Part shown: positions 52,168 through 64,000 of the stretch, piece by piece
Position numbering within the stretch: the first letter of the stretch is position 1
Layout of the letters: each line of letters begins with the position of its first letter
Source of the DNA: Seison nebaliae
Taxonomy: Eukaryota
Direction of reading: 5' to 3'
DNA: 64,000 nt
Assembly: GCA_023231475.1 (NCBI GenBank)
Contig: JALJEE010000092.1
Coordinates: 1-64,000 of the forward strand
Notes under the pieces: generated by a model
The model's input: only the letters and a program-made list of their open reading frames with translations
What the model was told of the DNA's origin: nothing
The model's database searches: none
Position numbers and translations under genes: made by a program

Positions 52168-55100
52168 CTATGAATTTCCAGACGTATTTCCTGCAGAAGA
52201 CGGAATAGATTTAATATTCGTTTTCTGATCACTTGTATTCGTTGTGACGTATGCCAACATTACAGTAATATCATCCGGCTTCCCTCCACAAATATCATTC
52301 CGTCCGTACGCATTACATGCAGCTTTGGAGAATGGCGACATATAATCCGGATCCAGACCACGATTCCATGCTTCCGTCGCTATATTTTGAGCGACATATC
52401 GTAATTCTTTAGATGTTATCGATTCGATCTCCTAGAAAATGATGAAAAGAAATTTTTTTTACAATGAAATTTCGGATAAAATTAGATATATCATATATTT
52501 CCATTTTAATGGTTTAGTAATTAGGAAAAGAGAGAATTTTAGAAAAGAAATCGAAATTCGTGAAAAATGGCAGGAAGTGAATTTTAAGTAAAAATAATGG
52601 AAAAATGATAAATTTTGGGAAAATTTTGTTGGAGAAATTTTAAATGTGAATTATATATTTTGAATTGAGAGGGAAAGAAGAAAAGAAATTTGAGAAGATG
52701 GAAATCTTATCAATAATTTACATTTAGAGTATGGAAGCTTTGGTAATACTAGAATCGTTTTCTGTAGCAGTGTCTCCTCCAAGAGTGGTGGTGGTAGTGT
52801 AAGTGAGTAATGGTTTCATACTCTTTTGATCTTGAAATTCATCATCAGTTCTCTTCGATTTAAATAAGCTTCTGATTTTACCTTTCTTCACTTTCTCTGA
52901 ATTTGTTCCGTGTACTTGAACAGTGGCGGGTTTCCGTTTATAAGACCAACTGATATTCGACGGTTGTTCATTTGGAGGAATATTTCTCTTCCAAAAAATT
53001 GGATTGATAATAAAATTATAAGATTTAGCGGAAGTGGATCGTGAATCAGGATGATCGATTGCATCATATGATCGCCATAATCCTGAATAGAAATGATAGA
53101 AACGTTCAAATTCTTCTTCATCCTCCAAATCGACCACTTGTCGTTTCTCCACTTGACGGAAAAGTTGATCTTCTTTAATAATTTCATCATAACATTTCAA
53201 ATCGACCAGTCTCTGTTTCATCAAACGTCTCTTCCGTTTACGATAAATGTGATTGAGAAATTTGATGATTGTGAAAATGAAGAGAACGAGAATTGTTCCA
53301 ATTAGACATGGTCCTACTCCTACTGCTATTCCTTCGATGAAGAAATGGTCATCGAACAGACTTGTCGCTTTCGACGACGATGTTTTAATTGTTGTTGTTT
53401 CATTAACCATTTTATTTAATTGATTAATTGATTCATATAGACGAGTGGAAAGGTCCAACGGAAATTTTGGAGAGATGACGTTATCTTATATATGGAAATA
53501 TTTCCATTTTTTTTTGTTGAATTAAAAACCAAATAAATGAAATTGAAAGTTTTTCTTTTAAAAATGGGAAGAATGGAAACGAAACGAATTCTCAATATAA
53601 AACAAACAAATGACTTTTCTCCAAAATTTGAGAGAAGAAGAAAAGTAGAAAGTTGTTTGGAAGGGAAGATGGAACTCTGATAACGAATAGAGACGAATAG
53701 TCCATAGAAGTTCGACGGAACTATCAAATAAGAGAAAGATAGAGAGAGATAAAGAGATGAAATTTCATAATGTTTTCTTCACACTTAATCATCATTATCT
53801 TCTTCCTCTTTCTCGGAAATGTGAATGAACTTTCCTCCCGATATATGGACGAAACGGAAAGTAGATAATGATCGTGACTTCAATTATTTTAGAAGTCTAT
53901 ATTATCACATATCATGTAATTATCATCAGAATTAGTCAACATAACATCATGAATAATGAATGAAATATTCACATAAATTAATTTTGGGAAAAAAACGAAC
54001 GAACTATGTCAACAACCGAACAATTAACTTTTAATCAACATTCTATCACTCCTTTTTTCCCATTGTTCTATCGAATCCTCTTATTACCATTTCTTTCTTG
54101 CCACCGCATCGTGCGGTGCATTTCAATGCGCAAATCGATATCATATGAAATGAAACGGAAAATGACTTCATTAATATTCATCGTTCACATCATTCTAATC
54201 AACGATAACCAAAGGAAATGTTGAATGGACGAATGAAATATCAAACGAATATTATTTACTTTGAGTTTTTCTCTTGGAAAAAGAACAACATCTTCATAGG
54301 AACACAACACGTTATAAAATAAATATAAATATACATATAACGATTGCATAAGAATTACTTTCTATATTGACATCGAATTGAACCGGTATAAGAATCAATA
54401 TTTCAATAGATATAGCACAATCTCCTTCCAAGGCAAATATGGATGAAAATATATATATGAATTGAGGAATGTCATGAATTACAATTTGTCCATTTATGAT
54501 TATTTATGAAATGAAACATTAAGGGAATAGGAAGTGAATGAACGTAATTAAACGTAATGTTATGAAATGACAAGAGAACATTAATTGAAAAAAATTTTCA
54601 TTTTAAAACAATGAACAATTTTGACGATTGAACGAATATAATGTGGGGGTAATATTAAGAAACAATTAAAATAGCGATTGAAATATCATTAATAAATTGG
54701 GCAATTTCTTCAGTTAGCCAATTAACGAATATGTAGTGATTAGATAACGGGGGAAAGGAGGAAGAGGAGGAGGAGAAGAAGAAGAAGGCATATGCACAAT
54801 TTCTTCTGTTCATATTCGAATATTGATAAGATAAATAAATCGTCGAATTGAAGAGACGACACAACAGACTCGTATGGATAAATAAACGAACCAATTACAT
54901 AAACAACAACGAAAATGTGGAGAAACAATACGGAAATTTTTTTTACACGAACAATTCTATTCAATTTACTCCTTTGTCTATGTTACACGTCGTCTCTTGC
55001 TCCCAAATCACTCATATTGGACGACTACATCAAAAATGAATCGATTCTTCCTTCAATTTCTTTATCGATCTCTCCCGTATATTTCTGAGAATGATTCATT

Positions 55101-57552
55101 CTCAAATTGCATCGTTTCCCTTCCTCTATATTCCACAAAATACATTTCGCCACACCGAATAGAGAACAATGAGGAAGACAAGAAATCTTTGAGATTGAAC
55201 TCTGCTCATCTTCTTCTGTCGTTCATTCTCTTCCTCCAGATATTAATATTGACGATGACATTTATTATTCTTTTCTTTCACATGAATAATGGCAACGGAA
55301 GAAATCACAGAAGAATTCTTTTAGTCAATTTCTCCTAATTACGATAGAAAGACGAAGTCCATTATCGACTACTGTGCTCTAAAAGAAAAACATCTTCATT
55401 TCATTCCCACCCATTACTCTTCTACCACCACCACCACCATCAACATCAACATCAACATCAACAACAACAACTACTACTACTACACACCATTCTCCATTCA
55501 ATACTTCTATCAATTCTACATGAACTTCTTGAAATTAATAAAATTCTCTTCAGACATAAGACGAGAGAAGTGAATTCCAACAGTTGTCATTGATTGTGAG
55601 AAAAATGAAAATGTTTCAATATTTGAGAATTTTCTTTTACGATTTTGAAACTTTGAATATATGTTAAGTGTGGAGTGTATTACTTATTTGGAAATGTTTC
55701 ACCTAATTATTGTTTAGTTGAAGTGAAAGAAGAAGTTTGATCTTCTTCGGAAAATAATTCGTCAGATTTTCTCATTAATATTTTCTCTTCCATAATATTA
55801 TGAAGAATCTGTTCACAGATTATAGAAATGATTGTTCTATCGAATGATCGCTCGTTAGAGATGAATCATCCAAATAGAAGAAAATAATAAATAGAGAGAA
55901 GAAACAATTATCTATCTCCATCACACTAAAATAGAATATATGGAAAAGAAACGTAACCTTCAGTACTGATATTTGTTTAAGTATCATCTCATTTGATAAG
56001 TTATCCCATAAACCATCTGTTCCCAATAAGACAACATCGCCATTCATAACTTGGAAGGAACGCTCCTCTGCCATATTTGGATGGTCGGATAATGCACCGT
56101 TATCGATGGCAGCCGCAGCAACACGCCAATCTACTTTTCTCATTTCGGGAGTGATTGCCAATTGATATGGGGAATTGAAAGAATGTTGTTGCTCTTTTGA
56201 CCGATAAATCATTTCATTATGTCGACGAATTACAGCGAATCCACTATCACCAAGATTAGCTGAATAAAGAACTCCGATCTCGTTGTCCAGAGCAATCAAA
56301 CAGACTGTGCTACTTCCAATAATTGTTCCCTTTTGTGAGAGTAGTTCATAAAAACCTTTATTTAACACACTCTTCAACGTCTTCTCATTGACGTGACTCG
56401 TCTGATTTAATGATTCATTAACGACTTTAGCACATGATTGCATCAACGCTTTAGAGAACAAGGCTGGATTCACCCCATGTAATCTCCAACCACCTACACC
56501 GTCAGCTATTCCTGAAAAATGAGAAATTATTAAAAAATTAATTAGAAATTTCTAAAAATTATTGGGATGTTCAAAAAAGATTTACTTCAATTACAATTTC
56601 TAAATTATATTAACAAATTATTTTCTTTCAAAAATTTCAAATGTTTTATAAAGAAAATTCTTCTAAAATCAATCCTTTATAATCATTATCTAACATTATC
56701 CAATGAACAATCGTAAATTGAATATGTGACATTTGAAAGCGAATTTGAAGCGAAAAAATAAAAATTAATAAAATTCGAACCTAAAATTTCTGCCGAATTC
56801 TTTTTGATAGCGAAACAGGCATCATCGCCGAATTGATAAGTTTCTTTCATTTGGAATGAGGAACCATTCTTCAACTTCTGATCATTCGAACAAGCATTCT
56901 CGTTTTCAATGGTGCCAGCATAGAAATGATGATTTTTAGAGAAACCGGAATAAGCGGTTAATAAACGGTAAGAAGAACAGTCCTTCTTCTCGTCCATATT
57001 GTTCACCGTCGAATAACATGTGGATTCGTGAGTGTTCATGATATTCTGACGATTCGTCAATCGATATGATCGATATGACGATCGATAATTGATTGGAGAG
57101 AAATAGTTGACTAAAAGATTTTTGGGAATCATTTTCGTTGAATTGGCATGGATATTTGCATATTTCTCCAATTTGATGAATGGAAATAAATGGAAACGTT
57201 TGAAATTCTCATCCAGTAACGACCGTTGTAGACGATAACACAACTTTTCGATTTCATTCTGATGATATAATAATATTTTCTGACTCAAATTCGTCAAATC
57301 ACCATAAGCGGATTGGAGGGCATCAATTTTCAAAATTGTCTTTTTTCCATTTTCCACCGATGACGACGACGATCGGATCGATGTAATTGGCGTAGATAAA
57401 GAAGAAGATCGTCTCCTTCTTCGTGTTACATTATTGGCATTGTTGATAATTCTTAATTGTTGATTTCTCTTCAATTCAATCGATTTCCTTATCCGATACA
57501 GGAACGATTCCGTCGATCGAACATTCTGACAGACGTTACGAATCGATTGCAT
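52168..57552 (-). CDS. PPTC7: PTC7-type PP2C phosphatase, 3 coding exons (56781-57552, 55958-56511, 52168-52431), 529 aa with a long N-terminal extension
   Basis: FGDDACF, ILGIADGVGGW, GSSTVC, ANLGDSGF, QQHSFNSPYQL, LGTDGLWDN, then YMSPFSKAA and GGKPDDITVML in a last exon missed by the ORF track. Introns at 56512-56780 and 52432-55957 are both GTT..AG. Confidence 0.92.
52724..53410 (-). CDS. Uncharacterised single-pass membrane protein, 228 aa from the first ATG, nested in the last PPTC7 intron
   Basis: Intact ORF with a short N-terminus carrying an NET sequon, a hydrophobic segment IAVGVGPCLIGTILVLFIFTIIKFL, basic YRKRKRR and a cytoplasmic tail ending ASIL. Confidence 0.7.
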   Translation of the reverse strand: MVNETTTIKTSSSKATSLFDDHFFIEGIAVGVGPCLIGTILVLFIFTIIKFLNHIYRKRKRRLMKQRLVDLKCYDEIIKEDQLFRQVEKRQVVDLEDEEEFERFYHFYSGLWRSYDAIDHPDSRSTSAKSYNFIINPIFWKRNIPPNEQPSNISWSYKRKPATVQVHGTNSEKVKKGKIRSLFKSKRTDDEFQDQKSMKPLLTYTTTTTLGGDTATENDSSITKASIL

Positions 57553-60500
57553 CACCTGCTACTCACACATACACACACACGAAATTGATATCTGATCAAA
57601 TTGGATGGACAACACCTATTACGAAAATTGACAAGAAATTTATTTCTTTCTGATATAATAAATAATTTTCGGCTTTCCCTTCTGCAATCGATTTAAGCTG
57701 AAATTTTCAATTTCAAAACTTTTATTCTGATTTCGTATTCCCATTAATTATCTATAAGTTTTTCATTATTATGTTTCATTATGTTACTCCAATCATCTAC
57801 ATATCCAATCCTTCCTTAACATATAATCCTGTGTCGCAATCGGCAAAATACAATTCTCGAACTTCTCTACTTATCGTCAAGCTACTCTTTATAAGTATTA
57901 GTTTCTCTATAAACATACTCTATAAATTATAGAACGATCAATCTCCAAAGTTAATATGAGGAAAAAATAATTTTAATTAAATTCCATTCATTTTCATAAC
58001 TTTGACGTTTTGGAAATTTAGTCAGATTGTCAAGGTATATATATGGAACTAAAAAAAATTTTCTGTTTTTTCAAATTTTAAACATAATAAAACTTCACGG
58101 AAATTTTTATACAAAATATTATAAATATTCGGAATCGTCTATACAATTGCCACATCCCACAAAGAATTGCCACAAAAAGTGTCGGAAAATATAAAAGTAT
58201 AATCAAAATTAATTAATGGAAGTATAAAAGAGTCAAATCCGTCAAAAATTCCGTCAGAAAATGATTTTGTAATTCGCTGCTAAACTATCCTGATTTTAGT
58301 TTAAAATGAATTTAATATGGTCCATGAATAAAAAAGTAAAACTATTAAAGGAAGATATAATATAACTACCGCTTTGATTCTAACACGATGTAAAAATTCT
58401 AGAGAATAGCGACCGTTTGACAAACTAAACATTGTCTTCCAATAATACTACCTAAATATTTATATTAACTCAATTTCAAATTATTCAAATTCTAATGGGT
58501 GCGACTGAAATTAAAATATTCTGAAGTACTAAAAATTCAAAAGGACATAATTGGTCGTTTCAGGTAGAAGTTATTTGTTTTAAGTTGTTTCATCTACAAG
58601 AGTTGTAGATGACTTGTAGTACAAGTTTTATTCTAGAAAAAATAGAAAATTTTTAATTTTAATTGGCAAATAATATAAGTAAGTCGAATTCTGTTCGACA
58701 TAAACTTCAAACTCAAATTAAATTAGATCGCTGGAACAATAGAAATAAAACGACGGGAATTTATTTTCATTCTATTTAAGCCGATTATCTTGGAAGGAAA
58801 AAAGAGTATTTAATTGACGTAATAATAAAATTTCTCACATTTCAAAAAAATATAGAGAAGGAATATTTATTATATTTAAGTCGTTCATCAAATTGGAATT
58901 ATTAACTTCAATCTATCCGTAAATTTATTTCATGATTATACTTGACAAACTAATAAAACTTTCATTAAATATCCAAATTCTGTCGAATAATAATGTTTTT
59001 AACCAGAAATATTATTCTGAATGAATTCGGCTTTATTCATTCGACAATTATTTCAAACTCTATCATGAATTGTTTTATCATCACTTCAAAATTTGAAAAA
59101 AAATTAAACTTTTTTTGAAAAAACGGGTGACGAAATCACTCTAATTTGTTTGTCGCTTTCAAGCTGAGAAGATTGTGTTAAGAAAGTTTTCTTCATATGT
59201 TTATGAATTAAAGGGAAGAAATTCCGAAGAGAAAAGTTTGTTTTATCGAAGTAAAATAAATTTCACAGTTGAAAGGTATGTCATATGTTTGTTAAAACTA
59301 ACAAGTAACATGAGGAAATTTAGATGAGTCATCTTCTGTTACTAAAGAAGCATTTATAGGTCATAAACGTATCATTTCTCCTTATTTCAAATTTTATGAA
59401 TATTATTAGAATTCTGTCGATTTCCTTTACACAAATTCTCATAAAAAAATCATTAGATTAACGACCATTTTTAAAAATTTCATTTTTAATATTCATTTTA
59501 ATTTAATCCTCACAATTATTTATCTTGTTATTGTGAGAGAATTTCTCAAAGAAACATACCATATTTACTGGGAAGAATTTCTTTTATCAAAAATTTATTT
59601 TGTTTCAAAAAGATAAAGGAATAATTGCGATTACCACTGGCTAGATAAGACTAGGTTGTTCTCGAAAATTTGTACGTAAAAAGAAGTCGAGAATATCTGG
59701 TCTACATATTCACCGCGATTCATTTTTAATGTTACTCAAAGAGAATGATTTGGCACTAAAAGTAAATGATGAATTTGATGCTGGCATCTGGTCAGATAAC
59801 GAATGAGTGATAAGCAGTTCGATCAGAAGTAAAATGTGTTTCCATTACATTTGTGTTAGGCATGTTGTTAGAAATGTGTTATATTAATGCAAATTTCCCT
59901 TATAAATCAAAAATATTTACGTCATTTCATGAACGAACGTGAAAGGGGAAAAAATGAAAGAAATAATGTAAATAATAATAAAATTTTCCTATAACCAAAA
60001 TTCCGAAGGAACGATTAATGTTGACGGGAGAACATTTGAACAGAAGAATTTTTATTATTCTGATTTATGCTAACTCGGCGACTAGGAGTCTCAAATCCAC
60101 TTCACATTAAAATGATATCCAGCTTCACCATTCATTTTTCTAAATCTAATACTTCATTCATGTCAAATAAATGGAAGCAATTCCTTCAACTTCCATTTTC
60201 GTAAGACATTTTTTTTAGGTTTCATCATTTATTACCGAAATTCACCTTTTAACATTCTCTTGAACAAAATGCTGGAATAGAATAAGGAAATATATAATTT
60301 CAGTCAAATTTGATGAGTTTTTCCTTGAATTTTCCATCCTTGAAATTTCTTTAGATTTTCAACTATTAATACTTATCTAATTTTGTTAATTATCATCTTC
60401 CTTCCAATTTTTTCAACTGATTGGTTAAATCTGAGGAAATTTTATAAATTTTGATAAAATGATTTATCTCACAGGAATTCACAATAAGTGCAAGTTATTC

Positions 60501-63500
60501 GGAGATGAAAGTTTAAAACTGGAAATTTGAGAATTGAAATTCAAATGAATTCAATTTTTTATTGAAAGTTTAATTGTTTGAAGATTCTTGTCAATTCATT
60601 ATTATATCAATGAAATGGTGGGAAAAGTCTAGTGAAGGAAATTGATGGAAGTAGAATTAGTGTCTGGAGTAAGATTGAAGATGTAAATTTGAAGTAGTTT
60701 CCGTATTTGGAGTAGGTAAAATTTAATTTATTGACGAGAGCGATCAGATTCCGTTAGCTAATGAATGAAGGTGGTGATGAATGATATGTACATTTTGGGA
60801 GAGGAATTAATGGAATCGAGATGAATCACTTATCAGAGATGTGAAGCAATGAGAGAATTAATTTAGTAAGTATCTTCACCGAACGTAAGTAGATGGATAT
60901 TGGATTGGAACGATATGCAAATGTATGTCCTCTGGAAAATAAATGAATGTTGTTGTGCTTCAATCGATTTATTTCACACGTAAATGTCAATAAAGTAATC
61001 TTTCATTTTCTACGTTTCCTTGTTAGTATTGAAAGTGCTAGAACCATCAATAAATGATACAGAACATTTGTATAAAGTGTTTTGTCATTTTGTTGTTCAT
61101 TTAGAGAATAGGCAAGATTAGTATTCCAACAATAAGTTTTCATTTCATTCGTTCATGTTATATAAACAATTCACAACCAAATTTCTTCTCAACAACATAT
61201 CGTCTTCCTTTTTCCAAATGAATGTTAACTACTATTTTTCTTAATCGTTCGCTTGTCATTTATTGTTACTTCTGCTTCATTTCCAAAGTGAAGAAACAGC
61301 AGATTTTTCCTTTCTATGAATAACTTCACCTCGTTGGTAAGAATGTCGGAGACTTCCAAAGAACCACCTCGCTCTATCGCACAACGACTAACATTTCTTG
61401 AATGAATTTCATGTGTAAAATAGTTCTCATCGTTCAGACATCAGTCAAATAATTATCTGCTGTAAAAAGAGGAATGAATATAATTTCTCCGACATCTTTA
61501 CGAAGTCGACTCGGTATGATTTGATTAAAGATATAATTTGCATAAGATATGAAATTCGTAGAAGAAGTTGGAGACATGATCTCCGATCGTAATAATTTAC
61601 ACTCATTTCTTCAAGTTCATGCTACGCAATTATCAGTTGGAAACACTAACACATCAATGTTGCGTGTAGTATTGTTCTTCTTTTTCTTCTTCTTCTTCTA
61701 CATCTTCTTTAGATAAAACTTCGATAATGATTAATTGTTCGCAATTGATCTGTGTCAATCAAAAGAAATTCATAAAGATATTTTGATTAACCTAATCCTT
61801 CTTATTTATTTCTACTCATTTCTATCCTTTGTCATTGACGAGAGGGACATCAATTGCTAAATGGATCAGATAAGATTATATGAGCATATAATTTGATAAA
61901 AAGAAGATTGATTCACTAAATTTCCTTATTAAAATATTCTCATTTAATTCATCTTCATTTTAACCGGAAGATTTTCCTCATTCAAATTACCCAAATTTGT
62001 CCAACAAATATTCGTTCGAGCATAAATTCCTAATATTGACATTTTTACACCTAAAAAAATTCCATCTACAATTTCTTAATTTTGTTCTGTGAAAGAAAAT
62101 TGGTGAGTAAATCAAAAACTATATATCTCGCCAACATTTTAAGAAAAAAGGACATCTGGACCAGTTTCTTCTTTGTTTTATGAGAGTGAAACTGATTCCT
62201 TCATATCGGCGACTAACGATGGTACTTGTGTTTAGAATGTGAAGTGAATTCCATATTCACATATCATCACATGTCAAATTATCCAAATTTGTAATATATC
62301 CGGTAATATTATGAGGTCTCACTTCCCATCAGTCACAACTCTACGAAGTGACTCCATTATCAATGAACGACATCGAATTCATTTCAAACCGAATCGGTAA
62401 ACATATTTTTTAATATTCAGAGTTGGAATGACTCATCATTTAACGAGTAACGTAAACAACAGACATGTTATATAGATGTTTCCCCTCAAGAGGATGAGGA
62501 GAATAAATTGAATTTAGGAAAGAATGTTCATCATATTCATCGGACGATATTCATGTCGATTTTCGTTGATTCATTACATTATCCATCGTCATCTAAAGAG
62601 GTTAAGACAGAAAATGAAAACGAAAATATTTTTTGGACAATTGAAAAGTTATAAATTTTTCATATATTCTTAATTAACCATCAGAAATAACAAGACAAAC
62701 AACAATCCAATGGAAATTGTAAGTCAAAATGTTTTTTCGTTTTATCCCGTATCTCTTTTGTCCTATAACAATTTCCATAATATTTAATTTCAATCAGAAC
62801 GAGTCGTTTCGCCTCATCATCTTTTAAAAGGATAATGTTGCCGTTGTTATTGTTTTAGTGGATTATTATTATTATGATGACGACGATCTTCATTCTTCTT
62901 TTATTCCTCTTCACTCTTACAGATTATTCAATATTTATTCAAAATTCTTATTCATATCACTTCTCCTTTTGGAGAAAAGAAGAATGGTTCTTCTTACTTT
63001 GGTTTTATTTAAATAAATCTCAAAAAAATTATTTTAAGTTATATCACAAATTCTCATTCCTCCTTCCATAAATAGTGGAAGAAATCTCAGTAGATGGCGA
63101 TATTAATCAGATATTTTCAAACGACTTTCCTACTTCCCAACCGTTCTTATTTTGTTGCGCAACTTATCATCGAATCAATTGTTTACATTGAACTACGTGT
63201 AACACTAAAACTCTCGTACTTTTTTCTTGTTCTTATCGAAATGAAGGAAGTTTAACAGGAAATAGAATGATCATTCCCTCCAACTCATTCTCCAACGAAT
63301 GTGTCGAGTATATCTTCTTTTCGAAAAAGAAATATAGGAAGTGCCAATAGATAACAATGGACCTTTTTTATGGTAAGAGAGTCAGATTGATGTTGTTGGA
63401 GTTGACAATAATAGATGAAATTGAAGAGGATATCTTATCAAAAATATTTCACACTTCACAAGAAGATCGATGAAATAAAGAAGAATGACCAATTCGTTTA

Positions 63501-64000
63501 CTATACGGGAAAATTGATCTTTTATCAGGATATCTCATTCCTTTTTTCATCTTCGGAATGGAAATCACTCGAATTTAGTACGGGAATTGAGTCTAGGATA
63601 AAATTTTTCAATTATAGTTAATTCAAATCCTTTTAATCTCTCCATTTGCTTCATCTTCTTGACCATATCCGAAAGAAATCGAGTTATTATTATCAAATAT
63701 TATGTAAAAATAAAAATTACCGTACGTCACATTTGCTTTTGTCACATAAAGTGACATTATAAAAATTAATCGATATTAGTATCAAAATATTTTATTTGAA
63801 CGTTATTATAATTAAGAAGTTTCTTTGATGGATAATTTTTTACTTTTAAAACATCGTTAAAAAGAATTTAAAAAATTATTGTTAGTTCATATGTAGATTT
63901 CAACACAGTAAAATAAAGACCATGAATATTAATAATGGAAACCGAGAACCAATTTTTGTTCACGATTTATTTATTTCCAATGATTATTTTTATTTCCGAC

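Noticed and set aside
6384..57552. Alternative genetic code or stop readthrough to explain fragmented ORFs
   Set aside because: Every break in the conserved genes is resolved by frame-preserving GT..AG introns, and long ORFs read through under the standard code.
59749..59770. TTTGGCACT, a miR-96-family-like seed
   Set aside because: No convincing hairpin partner; a seed-length match is expected by chance.

Overview
AT-rich eukaryotic (invertebrate animal) genomic DNA. No prokaryotic features, CRISPR array, rRNA or tRNA were recognised. Splicing the ORF fragments by hand gives eight conserved genes: mitofusin, a MEK1/2-type MAP2K, a galactose-3-O-sulfotransferase-family enzyme, MRPS23, afadin/canoe, NIM1K, GRK2/3 and PPTC7. 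Less conventional genes are a 232-aa protein with a kinesin-13 (KIF2/MCAK) N-terminal domain but no motor, an 86-aa secreted Cys-rich peptide, and a single-pass membrane protein nested on the same strand inside a 3.5-kb PPTC7 intron. Repeats include a LINE remnant, several MITE-like elements, two 30-31-nt-period motif arrays and a (TTAGGTA)n tract. The strongest pattern is the splice code. Of 22 introns fixed by protein homology or reading frame, 20 start GTT, 1 GTC and 1 GTA, none has GTRAG, only 5 keep +5G, and 16 are 43-58 nt long. Regions ~38-50.7 kb and ~57.7-64 kb are largely unexplained. All family calls come from motif recognition by eye; no searches were run.
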